This document shows positions 36,861 to 46,239 of a stretch of 50,408 bases of DNA, one piece after another. The stretch covers positions 1-50,408 of the forward strand of contig JADFQE010000004.1 of NCBI GenBank assembly GCA_022561985.1. The letters run 5' to 3'. The number at the start of each line of letters is the position of its first letter. Positions within the stretch are counted from its first letter, which is position 1. Source of the stretch: Chloroflexota bacterium (GTDB taxonomy: Bacteria > Chloroflexota > Dehalococcoidia > Lucifugimonadales > Australimonadaceae). The notes under the pieces are model-generated. The model was not told the origin of the DNA, searched no databases, and saw only the letters and a program-made list of their open reading frames with translations. A program made the position numbers and the translations under genes.

Positions 36861-37871
36861 ATGACTGATACCGCCCACGCGAACACCGAGCTTGCAGCCC
36901 GCCTGACGATCGACGTGGTCGACGGAGGCGGCGCGTCCGGCACCATGGCCGAGGACGTGCTGGCCGGGCTCACGGCCGAGCGCAAGCAGCTGCCGCCCAA
37001 GTACTTCTACGACGACGCCGGATCGCGGCTGTTCGAGCAGATCACGGAGCTCCCCGAGTACTACCCGACGCGCGCCGAGCGCGAGCTGCTCGAGGAGACC
37101 GCGGACGGCCTCATGGCCGGTCTGCGGCCCGTCGAGATCGTGGAGCTGGGCGCGGGATCGTCGGCGAAGACGCGGCGGCTGCTGAGCGCCCCCACCGCCC
37201 ACGAGCACCTGCGGCGCTTCGTCCCCATGGACGTCAGCCGCGAGATCGTGGAATCGAGCGCCCTCGGCCTGCTGCGTGACTACCCCTACCTGAGCGTCCA
37301 CGGCGTGATCGGCGACTTCGAGCGCCACCTCGGGCGCATCCCGCAAGCGCTGGGGCGGCGCCTCGTGCTCTTCCTGGGCGGCACCATCGGCAACCTGCAC
37401 CCGCCGGAGCGCACCGCCTTCCTCACCGGCGTGCGCGGCCTGCTGGGTCCCGGCGACCGCGTGCTCATCGGCCTGGACCTGGTGAAGGACGTCCCGACGA
37501 TGGAGGCCGCATACAACGACGCAGCGGGGGTCACGGCCGCGTTCAACCGGAACATGCTCTGGGCCATCAACCGCGAGCTCGGGGCGAACTTCGACCCCGA
37601 TGCCTTCGCACACCGCGCGTTCTTCAACGCGGAGGAGTCACGCATCGAGATGCACCTGGTGCCAAGCGTGGCCCAGGAGGTCAGCGCACCGGACATACCG
37701 CTGCATGTGACCATCAGACCGACCGAGACCATCTGGACCGAGAGCTCGTATAAGTTCACCGTCGCGTCGATCGAGGAGATGCTCACCGGCGCAGGCCTGC
37801 GGCTCGAGCACTGCTACACCAACGAGCACCCCGACCGCCGGTTCGCCCTCGCCCTCGCCGCACCTGCTTAG
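36861..37871 (+). CDS. egtD: L-histidine N-alpha-trimethyltransferase
   Basis: KQLPPKYFYDDAGSRLFEQITELPEYYPTRAE, ELGAGSSAKT, FLGGTIGN, AYNDAAGVTAAFN, RIEMHL, TESSYKF. Confidence 0.93.
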   Translation: MTDTAHANTELAARLTIDVVDGGGASGTMAEDVLAGLTAERKQLPPKYFYDDAGSRLFEQITELPEYYPTRAERELLEETADGLMAGLRPVEIVELGAGSSAKTRRLLSAPTAHEHLRRFVPMDVSREIVESSALGLLRDYPYLSVHGVIGDFERHLGRIPQALGRRLVLFLGGTIGNLHPPERTAFLTGVRGLLGPGDRVLIGLDLVKDVPTMEAAYNDAAGVTAAFNRNMLWAINRELGANFDPDAFAHRAFFNAEESRIEMHLVPSVAQEVSAPDIPLHVTIRPTETIWTESSYKFTVASIEEMLTGAGLRLEHCYTNEHPDRRFALALAAPA

Positions 37872-37883
37872 CCCCACGTATGG

Positions 37884-37936
37884 TTGCCCTACCGTCTTTG
37901 TTCGTATAGACTACCGGCAGACTTAGGACGTCCTGA
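37884..37936 (+). promoter_or_regulatory. Promoter with overlapping DtxR/SirR-type operator-like palindrome
   Basis: TTGCCC-17 bp-TAGACT (37884-37912); TTAGGACGTCCTGA (37923-37936) fits TTAGG-N4-CCTAA with one mismatch; upstream of the iron SBP. Confidence 0.55.
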
Positions 37937-37974
37937 TTTCTAACAGGGGGCGCCCTTCACGAACGAGGTTTGCC

Positions 37975-39012
37975 GTGCACCCCCATCCCGTCTCCATCCG
38001 TCACCTCCGGCCCAAGCTCCTCCTGGCGCTCGTGGCCCTCATCGCTGGGCTGACTGCCGCCGGGTGTGCCTCCGACGCCAACGACGCCGGCTCGCTGGTC
38101 CTGTACTCCGGGCGGAGCGAGAGCCTGGTCGACCCGATCATTCAGGAGTTCGCCGCGCTCACGGGCATCGACGTGCAGGTGAAGTACGCCGGCACGGCGT
38201 CGCTGGCGGCCACGCTTCTCGAGGAGGGCGAAAAGAGCCCCGCGGACGTCTTCTACGCCCAGGACCCCGGCGGCCTGGGAGCCGTGGAGGGCATGCTCGC
38301 GGCGCTCCCGGCCGAGACCCTCGCGAACGTCCCTGAGTGGGCACGCTCGCCCGAGGGGTTGTGGGTCGGGATCTCCGGCAGGGCTCGCGTGCTCGTGTAC
38401 AACCCTGAGCGCGTGAGCGAGAGCGAGCTGCCCGCCAGCATCGAGGACCTGACGGACCCGAAGTGGAAGGGGCGCCTCGGCTGGGCGCCCACCAACGGCT
38501 CCTTCCTGACCATGGTGACGGGCATGCGGGCGCTCTGGGGAGAGGAGCGCACGCGGGCCTGGATCGAAGGCATGGTCGCGAACGAGGCCGGCATCTACCG
38601 GAACAACACCACGCAGGTCGCGGCTGCCGCGTCGGGAGAGATCGACCTGGGTCTCGTGAACCACTACTACCTCTACCGATTCCTGGCCGAGGAGGGCGAG
38701 TCGTTCGCGGCCCGCAACTACCATCCCTCCGGGGGCGGGCCCGGCGCCCTGGTCATGGTCTCCGGCGCGGGCGTGCTCGCCACCGCCCCCAACGGCGAGA
38801 ATGCACGGAAGTTCGTGAACTTCCTGCTCTCGAAGGTGGCGCAGCAGTACTTCGCCAGCCAGACCTTCGAGTACCCCCTCGTGGAGGGCGTGCTGACGAA
38901 CCGTCTGCTGACGCCGCTCGCGGAGATCAACCGGCCCGACGTGGCACTCTCCGACCTCTCCGACCTCGCGGGGACGACCGAGCTCCTCCGCAGCGCCGGC
39001 GCGCTGCCTTGA
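37975..39012 (+). CDS. Fe(III) ABC transporter substrate-binding lipoprotein (FbpA/FutA family)
   Basis: Lipobox-like TAAGC, LYSGRSE, EEGEKSPADVF, APTNGSF, GLVNHYY, TFEYPL. Confidence 0.9.
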   Translation: MHPHPVSIRHLRPKLLLALVALIAGLTAAGCASDANDAGSLVLYSGRSESLVDPIIQEFAALTGIDVQVKYAGTASLAATLLEEGEKSPADVFYAQDPGGLGAVEGMLAALPAETLANVPEWARSPEGLWVGISGRARVLVYNPERVSESELPASIEDLTDPKWKGRLGWAPTNGSFLTMVTGMRALWGEERTRAWIEGMVANEAGIYRNNTTQVAAAASGEIDLGLVNHYYLYRFLAEEGESFAARNYHPSGGGPGALVMVSGAGVLATAPNGENARKFVNFLLSKVAQQYFASQTFEYPLVEGVLTNRLLTPLAEINRPDVALSDLSDLAGTTELLRSAGALP

Positions 39013-40616
39013 GCACCGTCCCCGGCGCCCCCAAGGGCACCACCAGAGCCGCGGCCCGGGCTCGCCCGCCCGCGTACATCTGGGTCCCGTCCGTCGCCAT
39101 CGCCATCGCGATGCTCATGCCGCCGGTGTACCTGGGCGTGCGCGCCGCCGATGCGGGCACCGGCGTCTTCGACATACTGCTGAACGTCCGCACCTTCGAC
39201 ATCTTGGTGCGGACGTTCGCGCTCGTGGGCATCGTCACGGCCGCCTGCGTGGCGCTCGGCGTGGCGCTGGCGTGGCTCACGGTGCGCACGGACCTGCCGC
39301 TGCGCCGGACCTTCACCGTGCTCACGGCACTGCCCCTCGTCATCCCCTCCTACCTCTTCGCGCGGCTCCTCGTCATCACGCTCGGCCCGAAGGGCACGCT
39401 GCAGGGGTGGCTTGAGCCCCTCGGCGTCGAGCGGCTGCCGGAGATCTTCGGGCTTCCCGGCGCCGCCCTCACGCTCTCGCTCCTGAGCTTCCCCTACGTG
39501 CTGCTGCCCGTCCGCGCCGCGCTGCTCCGGAGCGACCCGTCGCTCGAGGAGGCCTCCCGCGGACTGGGGCGCAACGGCTGGACGACCTTCGTCCGCGTCA
39601 CGCTGCCGATGCTGCGCCCCGCCGTCGTCGCCGGAGCGCTGCTCGTCGCGCTCTACACCATGAGCGACTTCGGCGCCGTTTCGCTGCTGCGGTACCAGAC
39701 GTTCACGTGGGCGATCTACATCCAGTACGAATCGCTCATCGACCGCACGGTTGCGGCGGCGCTCTCCCTCGCGCTGGTCACCCTCGCCCTCACGCTGCTC
39801 TTCCTCGAATCGCGCACGCGAGGGCGCGCCGAGTACTTCCGCGCCTCGCCGGGTGCCGCGCGGGACGCGGCCGTCGTGCGGCTCGGACGCTGGCGGTGGC
39901 CGGCGGCCGGGTTCGCCGCGGCCGTCGTTGGCGCCTCGCTGGCGGCGCCGATCGCGATACTGCTCTTCTGGGTCGTGCGTGGGCTCGGTGCGGGTGAGTC
40001 GCTCACCCTGCTCTGGAGCAACACCGCGAACACGCTTTATGTATCCGTGCTCGCCGCGGCGGTCGCGGCGGCGGCGGGCATCCCCGTCGCCGTGTTCGCC
40101 GTGCGCTATCCGAGCGCGGCGAGCGGGGCCATCGAGCGGCTCACCTACGTGGGCTTCGCGCTGCCGGGGGTGGCCGTGGGATTGGCCTTCGTCTTCTTCG
40201 CGCTCGCCGTCGCGCAGCCCATCTACCAGACGCCGGCGCTGCTCGTCTTCGCCTACGTGGTGCTGTTCCTGCCGGCCGCCGTGGGGACCACGCAGGCATC
40301 GCTGCGGCAGGTGAGCCCGCGCTTGGAGGAGGCCGCTCGTGGCTTGGGGAAGAGCGCGGCGCAGGCCTTCCGGCTCGTCACGCTGCCGCTGCTCGGGCGC
40401 GGTGTGCTCGCGGGGGCCGCGCTGGTGCTGCTGCTCACGATGAAGGAGCTGCCGGCGACGCTGATCCTCGCCCCGCCCGGCTTCACGACGCTGGCGACGT
40501 CCATCTGGAGCGCGGAGACCGAGGCATTCTTCGCGCGCACCGCGATGGGCGCGCTGCTGCTCGTCCTCGCCGCGACGCCGCCGGTGCTGTTCCTCGTGTT
40601 CCGCGAGCGCCGCTAG
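39009..40616 (+). CDS. Fe(III) ABC transporter permease (FbpB family)
   Basis: Two EAA loops (LEEASRGLG, LEEAARGLG), SDFGAVS, MKELPATL; TTGA overlap with the SBP. Confidence 0.9.
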   Translation: MSTVPGAPKGTTRAAARARPPAYIWVPSVAIAIAMLMPPVYLGVRAADAGTGVFDILLNVRTFDILVRTFALVGIVTAACVALGVALAWLTVRTDLPLRRTFTVLTALPLVIPSYLFARLLVITLGPKGTLQGWLEPLGVERLPEIFGLPGAALTLSLLSFPYVLLPVRAALLRSDPSLEEASRGLGRNGWTTFVRVTLPMLRPAVVAGALLVALYTMSDFGAVSLLRYQTFTWAIYIQYESLIDRTVAAALSLALVTLALTLLFLESRTRGRAEYFRASPGAARDAAVVRLGRWRWPAAGFAAAVVGASLAAPIAILLFWVVRGLGAGESLTLLWSNTANTLYVSVLAAAVAAAAGIPVAVFAVRYPSAASGAIERLTYVGFALPGVAVGLAFVFFALAVAQPIYQTPALLVFAYVVLFLPAAVGTTQASLRQVSPRLEEAARGLGKSAAQAFRLVTLPLLGRGVLAGAALVLLLTMKELPATLILAPPGFTTLATSIWSAETEAFFARTAMGALLLVLAATPPVLFLVFRERR

Positions 40617-40619
40617 CGC

Positions 40620-41756
40620 CTAGACCCGGTCGACGACGATCCCGGCGTCGCGCGCCGACTGCTGGATGGTGAGCATCGCCGTGATGGCCAGGATGCCGTG
40701 CGCGCCCTCGGCCACCACGGCGTCGGTCCTCATCTCCTTGAGCGCGGCCGCCTGCTTCGCGGACAGGCCAAGCGCTGCCGACACGCCGTCCATGTCGCGG
40801 ACCCACCGGGCGCGCAGCTCGTCGTCGGTCCGGAGCAGGTACAGCGCCTTGTTCAGCGGGAAGGTCGCCGGCTCCGGGTACTTGTAGAACTCGTAGCCCT
40901 GCCCCTTGAACTCGAACCCACCGAACCGGGGCATGTCGCGGTGGGCCTGGCCTCGTCCGGCGGGCTCGGGGATGAACTGCATCACCGCGTGCCCGTGGTG
41001 CGAGGTCGGCTGATAGCTGAGCAGCTTCCCACGCTTGCGCCCGATCGCCCCGAGCATGACCATCCACGGCAGCAGCTCCCCGTTCCCGACCTCGTCGAGC
41101 TGCTCGCCGGTGAGCTCCAGCAGCGATTCGGGCCTGCCCTCCTCGATCTCCTGGATCACCCAGTGGTCGAACTCGTATTCGGGGTCGTAGTACTTCCACG
41201 TGCCGGGGTAGTGGGACATCCCGCCGCTCGCCAGGATGGCGACGCGCTCCGGCCGCTCCTCGATGACCGCGGCGATGGCCGCGCCCAGGTCCATGCAGCG
41301 CTGCGTCGTCGGCAGCGGCGGGAGGTACACGTTCACGAACATGGGGATGACGGGGATGGCCCGGCCCGCGTGGATGTACTCGAAGGGGACCGCGAAGGCG
41401 TGCCCCAACAGAGCCTCCTGCGCGTAAGCCAGGTCGTGGCCGCTCGCCACGAGCCCGTCCAGCAGCGCCCGCGCGAGCGGCTGGTGGATGGGTATGTCGT
41501 AGTCGTGGCCCGCGAAGGACGCCGTGGCGCGCTCGCCCGAGACGATAGCGAAGGTCGGCACCGCGGACAGGAAGAAGGTCTCCAGGTGGTCGATGCCCAC
41601 GACGATCAGCGCGTCGGGCTTGGTCTCGTCCAGCAGGCCGCCGAGGGCCGACATGGCGGCGATGCCGGCGTCGAGCTGCGCCTGGTCCTCCTGCGGTGGG
41701 CGCGTGAGTAGCTGCGGCGCGTGGACAGACGCCGACGCCCAGACGATCTCACCCAT
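40620..41756 (-). CDS. Extradiol dioxygenase, LigB-like domain fused to a C-terminal LigA-like domain
   Basis: SVHAP, IDHLETFF, LGHAFAVP, ASGGMSHYP, GNGELLPW; C-terminal PLNKALYLL...GLSAKQAAAL. Confidence 0.8.
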   Translation of the reverse strand: MGEIVWASASVHAPQLLTRPPQEDQAQLDAGIAAMSALGGLLDETKPDALIVVGIDHLETFFLSAVPTFAIVSGERATASFAGHDYDIPIHQPLARALLDGLVASGHDLAYAQEALLGHAFAVPFEYIHAGRAIPVIPMFVNVYLPPLPTTQRCMDLGAAIAAVIEERPERVAILASGGMSHYPGTWKYYDPEYEFDHWVIQEIEEGRPESLLELTGEQLDEVGNGELLPWMVMLGAIGRKRGKLLSYQPTSHHGHAVMQFIPEPAGRGQAHRDMPRFGGFEFKGQGYEFYKYPEPATFPLNKALYLLRTDDELRARWVRDMDGVSAALGLSAKQAAALKEMRTDAVVAEGAHGILAITAMLTIQQSARDAGIVVDRV

Positions 41757-41780
41757 CTCGCGCTCGCTCCCGGCCCGCCC

Positions 41781-42542
41781 TCAACGGGCGGTTGCGGCCT
41801 TGGGGACGCCGTACCCAGCCGGGGCCTGCCACTCGTGCATCCAGGTCTGGATCTCCGCGAGCGGCAGCACGTCGGCGTACTTCTGGTTCATGTCGAACAG
41901 GTTGATGGCGTGGGTCGCCTGGTGCCGGTCGAAGACGCACTCCTCCGCCACGATGGTGTGGTAGCGGTGGGTGCAGGCATCGACCACGGAGGCGCGGACG
42001 CACCCGCTGGTGCTCTCGCCGGCCACGATCAGCGTATCGACGCCGAGGGAGGTCAGGTGAGCAACGATCGGGGTGCCGTAGAAGGGGCTCGGGGAGGACT
42101 TCCGGAGGAACGCCTCACCCTCGATGGGTGCGACCTCGTCGATGATGTCGTGCATCCCCTCCGTGCGCGGCGTGCGGCCGCTGCTGGAGCCCATGTAGCC
42201 GGCGCGGCTCCCGCCGCTGCGCGTGCCGCCGGCCCAGCCCGCGACGCCCGACTGCGTCTCGGGCAGCCCCGTGACGTGGACGACGGGCATGCCGACCTCG
42301 CGAGCGGTCGCGAGCAGCGACTGGATGTGCGGCAGCGCGTCCCAGGCCGCGAGCCCGCAGCTCCCGGGCCACTCCTTCATCGCCTCCAGCAGCGGCTGCG
42401 GACGGTCGCCGAAGACCCACCGGTAGAGGTCGATCATCAGCAGCGCCGGGCGTGTGCCGAACCCCTTGGTCCGGTGGCCGCTCGCCTCGACGTGCGCCCT
42501 GTCCTGCTCGGTCAGGTACTGTTCCCAGACACGCTCTGCCAT
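41781..42542 (-). CDS. Isochorismatase-family cysteine amidohydrolase
   Basis: PALLMID, K..PSPFYGT, GESTSGCVRASVVDA, QKYADV. Confidence 0.88.
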   Translation of the reverse strand: MAERVWEQYLTEQDRAHVEASGHRTKGFGTRPALLMIDLYRWVFGDRPQPLLEAMKEWPGSCGLAAWDALPHIQSLLATAREVGMPVVHVTGLPETQSGVAGWAGGTRSGGSRAGYMGSSSGRTPRTEGMHDIIDEVAPIEGEAFLRKSSPSPFYGTPIVAHLTSLGVDTLIVAGESTSGCVRASVVDACTHRYHTIVAEECVFDRHQATHAINLFDMNQKYADVLPLAEIQTWMHEWQAPAGYGVPKAATAR

Positions 42543-42718
42543 GACGACCTCCTCCGGGTTCAGGATTGCAGCCGAAGGCTATCACAGCGGCCATGCACCT
42601 GCTGTGCCCCCGCCCGCATGCTCTGCGCGGGAGCGGGGTGATACGCTAGGGCCCCGATATCCCCCACGACGCCACGAGTACCCCCTGACCGGATACTCCG
42701 CAGGGCTTGAGGACACGT

Positions 42719-43033
42719 ATGTTCATCCGGATGATCATTTTTCACGTCGACCCGAGCGACGTCGATATCGACGCCGCCCAGGACGTCTTCGAGCGGCTGG
42801 TCGTGCCGGAGATGCGCAAGCAGCTCGGGTATGAGGGGTGCTACCTGCTGCGCACGGAGCACGGCAGGGGGGCCATCGTCTCGCTCTGGGAGAGCGAGGA
42901 GGTCGCCATCGCCAGCGAGAAGAGCGGCCACTACGCAGATCAGCTCGCCGAGCTCATGCCGCTCCTCGGCCCCTCGGCCGGCGTGGACACCTTCCGGGTG
43001 GCATTCGCCGACCACCCCGTCGCGGACGTCTAG
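42719..43033 (+). CDS. ABM-like (dimeric alpha/beta barrel) small protein
   Basis: QLGYEGCYLL...IVSLWESEE pattern; ~104 aa. Confidence 0.65.
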   Translation: MFIRMIIFHVDPSDVDIDAAQDVFERLVVPEMRKQLGYEGCYLLRTEHGRGAIVSLWESEEVAIASEKSGHYADQLAELMPLLGPSAGVDTFRVAFADHPVADV

Positions 43034-43055
43034 CGGGTCCGCGCCGGAGCTCCCC

Positions 43056-44897
43056 CTACCCTTCGCCGGTGGTGGACGGCGCGCGGCCACGCGTTGCAGC
43101 GACGCGGCGGGCGCCCCGCACGCGGCCGACCGGATCGCCGTGCGCCTGGATGTTGTGGCGCACGCCCATCCGCAGCGCGAAGTGCCGGCCGACCATCGCG
43201 ACGCCGAGGGTCATGGCCATGATGACGAGGGTCACGATGCCCGCGGCCTCGCGGCGTCCGATCTCGGGCGCCGCGTACTCGAGCGTCAGCAGCGACAGCG
43301 TGATCGTCCGGCGCGACGCGAGCAGGATGATGTTGGAGGTCGCGCCGGCGGCGGAGACGAAGTTGAGCACGCCGATCAGCACCATCGTCGGCATCAGGAC
43401 GGGCAGGACGACGGTGAAGTAGGTCCGCGCCCACCCGGCGCCGGCCACGCGGGCGGCCTCCTCCATATCGTTGCCGAGCTGGACGAACACCCCCTTGAAG
43501 ATATTCGTCCCGGTGGTGTTCCCGGAGATGATGAGCACGAGGATCAGCGCCCAGATGGTGCCGTAGAGCCACGAGAGCCCGGGCACCCACAGGAACATGA
43601 TCAGCAGCCCGAGGCCCGAGAGTATGCCCGGTATCCCTGCGGACACCCAGATGATGCCGTCGAGGGTCCCGCGCCCCCGCAGTTTCGTGCGGACGATGAG
43701 ATAGGCGACGACCGAGAAGAGCAGCGGGCTGCCGATCCCCGCCACGATGGCCAGGATCGTCGTGGTCTGGAGCGCCCGCATGAACAGGTTGTCGCCGAAC
43801 ACGAACTGCCAGTGCACGAGCGTCCAGAGCGGCGTCGTCTCCAGGAACCCGGCACGCGCCATGAAGCTGCCCACGATGACGATGACGAAGGGCAGGATGG
43901 TCAGGACGAACAGCAGGGCGAGGAGGCCGCCGAAGGTGAGGTTGTGCCAGCGTCCGAGGTCGATCAGCCCCGGCTTGAAGCTGCCCGTCACCGTCGTGTA
44001 CTGACGCCGGCTGATGATCCAGCGCTGGAGCGGGATGATGAGCAGGATGATGAGGAAGGTGAGGCTCCCGAGCACCATGGCCTGGGCGTACTGCGGCGCG
44101 CCCTCCAGCGACACGAGCCGGTAGATCAGCGTGGAGTAGACGTAGAAGCCCCAGGGCGTGCCGATGAGCTGCTCCGTCTCGAAACCCTGGAACACGCGGA
44201 GGAGCTGCAGCGCGAACACGAGCACGATGGGCGAGGACATCATGGGCAGCGTCACGCGCCACATGGTCCGCAGGTCCGATGCGCCGGAGACCCGCCCGGC
44301 CTCCTCCAGCGTGCGGTCCATGTTCCGGAACGCGGGCGTCAGCAGCATCACCTTGTACGCGACGCCGTCGCCCATCAGGCGGGCCCACACGATCCCCGTC
44401 ACGCTGAAGATGTTGAAGGGCCCCTTGTCGACGAAGGGGAGGTACTCCAACAACGTGTTCGCGAAGCCGACGTCCGGGTCGAGGATCATCATCCAGCCGA
44501 TGGTGGACGAGAGCGACGGGAACATGAAGGCGACCCAGAACAGGTACTCGATGCTATACGACCACTTGATCGTCGTCCGCGCGAGTATCCATGAGATCGC
44601 GATCGCGCTCGGCAGGCTGATCACCACGACGAAGAACCAGATGGTGAAGGAGTTCCACAGCGACGGGAGCAGCAGGGGGTGGTCCCACGCGCCCGTCCAG
44701 TTCGAGAACCCCCACTGCCACGGCGGGACGAGGATGTCCGTGGCCACGTTGAAGCTCATGGTGAGCAGGATCACCACCGGCGTGATCAGATAGAAACCGA
44801 GCACCAGGATGACGATGGCCATCATGAACGTGCCCATGCCGGGCCGGAACTGGGAGGGGCGCCGTATCCCCACCCGTGCCAACGTCTGTTGAATCAT
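43056..44897 (-). CDS. ABC transporter permease, FbpB/ThiP-type double domain
   Basis: LEEAGRVSGA and MEEAARVAGA EAA loops; about 12 TM segments. Confidence 0.9.
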   Translation of the reverse strand: MIQQTLARVGIRRPSQFRPGMGTFMMAIVILVLGFYLITPVVILLTMSFNVATDILVPPWQWGFSNWTGAWDHPLLLPSLWNSFTIWFFVVVISLPSAIAISWILARTTIKWSYSIEYLFWVAFMFPSLSSTIGWMMILDPDVGFANTLLEYLPFVDKGPFNIFSVTGIVWARLMGDGVAYKVMLLTPAFRNMDRTLEEAGRVSGASDLRTMWRVTLPMMSSPIVLVFALQLLRVFQGFETEQLIGTPWGFYVYSTLIYRLVSLEGAPQYAQAMVLGSLTFLIILLIIPLQRWIISRRQYTTVTGSFKPGLIDLGRWHNLTFGGLLALLFVLTILPFVIVIVGSFMARAGFLETTPLWTLVHWQFVFGDNLFMRALQTTTILAIVAGIGSPLLFSVVAYLIVRTKLRGRGTLDGIIWVSAGIPGILSGLGLLIMFLWVPGLSWLYGTIWALILVLIISGNTTGTNIFKGVFVQLGNDMEEAARVAGAGWARTYFTVVLPVLMPTMVLIGVLNFVSAAGATSNIILLASRRTITLSLLTLEYAAPEIGRREAAGIVTLVIMAMTLGVAMVGRHFALRMGVRHNIQAHGDPVGRVRGARRVAATRGRAPSTTGEG

Positions 44898-44922
44898 CCC
44901 CGCCTCACGCCCTCTTCACCCG

Positions 44923-46218
44923 CTAGTACCCGCCGATCCCCAGCTCGGTGTAGATCGACACGAGCCACTCGTTCACCCCGTCACGTGCCACGAACCACTC
45001 CGGCGTGCTCTGCGAGATCGCGCTGGCGGGGTCGAGTGCCAAGAACTGCTCCCACTGGCGGTCGGACACCTTGCCCTGCGTCAGGTCCGTCCGGAGCGAC
45101 GGCGACACGTCCGAGTCCTCGGTCAGATCGAGCCTGGCCTGCTGGCCCTCGCGCGAGAGGTACCAGTTGACGAAGAGCTGGGCGGCCTTCGGGTGCGGGG
45201 CCGACTCCAGGATCGTCAGGGTGCCCCTGATCTCCACCGTGCCGCCCTCGGACAGGGTGCGCGTCAATTTCCCGACCGGGAGCCCAAGGGCCATCATGGC
45301 CTCCATGTCCGTCGACGCAGCGCCCGTGAACATCGCGATGTGGTACTTGCCGCGAGCGAGGCCGTTCGCCATGTCGGCGAAGCTGCCGCCGGGCAGGAGG
45401 AACGGCTCCTGGTTCCTGATGAAGGGCTCCAGCCACTCCTGACCCAGCAGTATCCACACCAGCGTCCGGTCGGTCGTTGCCCCGCCGAAGCCCGGGTCTA
45501 TGATCGCGGCGATCCGGCCTTTCCACTCCGGCTTCAGGAAGTCCTTCCACGACAGCACCGAGTCGATCTCGGCCTGGCTGACCTCATTGGTGTTGTAGAA
45601 GATCTCGACGATGTTCTCGCGCAGGCGCAGGTTGAAGGCCGGCGAGTACTTGTTGTCGACGTCGGTCCACGCCCACTCCGTCAGCAGCCAACCCTGCGAG
45701 CGGTCGTTCACCTCGGGGTGGATGATGAGCGGCTCGATCGGGACGATGGCGCCGGCGACGCGCAGACGGTCCGTCGAGCTGGCACCAACGACCGAGACGT
45801 CCACGGTGTAGACGCCGCGCCCACGCTCGGCGAGGACCCGGTTGACGTTGGTCGTGCCGCTGCCCGTGGACTGCAGCACGGTGATCCCGAACTTCTCGCC
45901 GAAGGAGTCGAAGATCACGCGGTTGTTGCGGCTCGCGGGAGCACTCAGGATGATGACGACCTCGCCCTCGGCCTGTGCCTCGGTGATGAGCTGCTCCCAC
46001 TCGATCTGGAACAGCTCCGCTTCCGAGGGCGTCGGCGTCGGCTCGGGCGTCGGCGTCGGGATCGCCCCCGGAACCGGCGTCGCGGTCGCCGTGGGCACCG
46101 GCGTCGCGGTCGGCTCATCCTGGCCGCAAGCGGCCGCCACGGCCACGACGACGAGCGTCAGCAACAGCAGTCCGACCACCCCTCGGATCTTGCGCATCGC
46201 CAACGTCGGCTGAGTCAT
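44923..46218 (-). CDS. ABC substrate-binding lipoprotein (paralog 1)
   Basis: VAAAC lipobox, Pro/Thr linker, AQAEGEVV, KPEWKGRI, APHPKAAQLFVNWYLSREGQ. Confidence 0.88.
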   Translation of the reverse strand: MTQPTLAMRKIRGVVGLLLLTLVVVAVAAACGQDEPTATPVPTATATPVPGAIPTPTPEPTPTPSEAELFQIEWEQLITEAQAEGEVVIILSAPASRNNRVIFDSFGEKFGITVLQSTGSGTTNVNRVLAERGRGVYTVDVSVVGASSTDRLRVAGAIVPIEPLIIHPEVNDRSQGWLLTEWAWTDVDNKYSPAFNLRLRENIVEIFYNTNEVSQAEIDSVLSWKDFLKPEWKGRIAAIIDPGFGGATTDRTLVWILLGQEWLEPFIRNQEPFLLPGGSFADMANGLARGKYHIAMFTGAASTDMEAMMALGLPVGKLTRTLSEGGTVEIRGTLTILESAPHPKAAQLFVNWYLSREGQQARLDLTEDSDVSPSLRTDLTQGKVSDRQWEQFLALDPASAISQSTPEWFVARDGVNEWLVSIYTELGIGGY

Positions 46219-46239
46219 ATCTACTTTCCCCCGATCACG

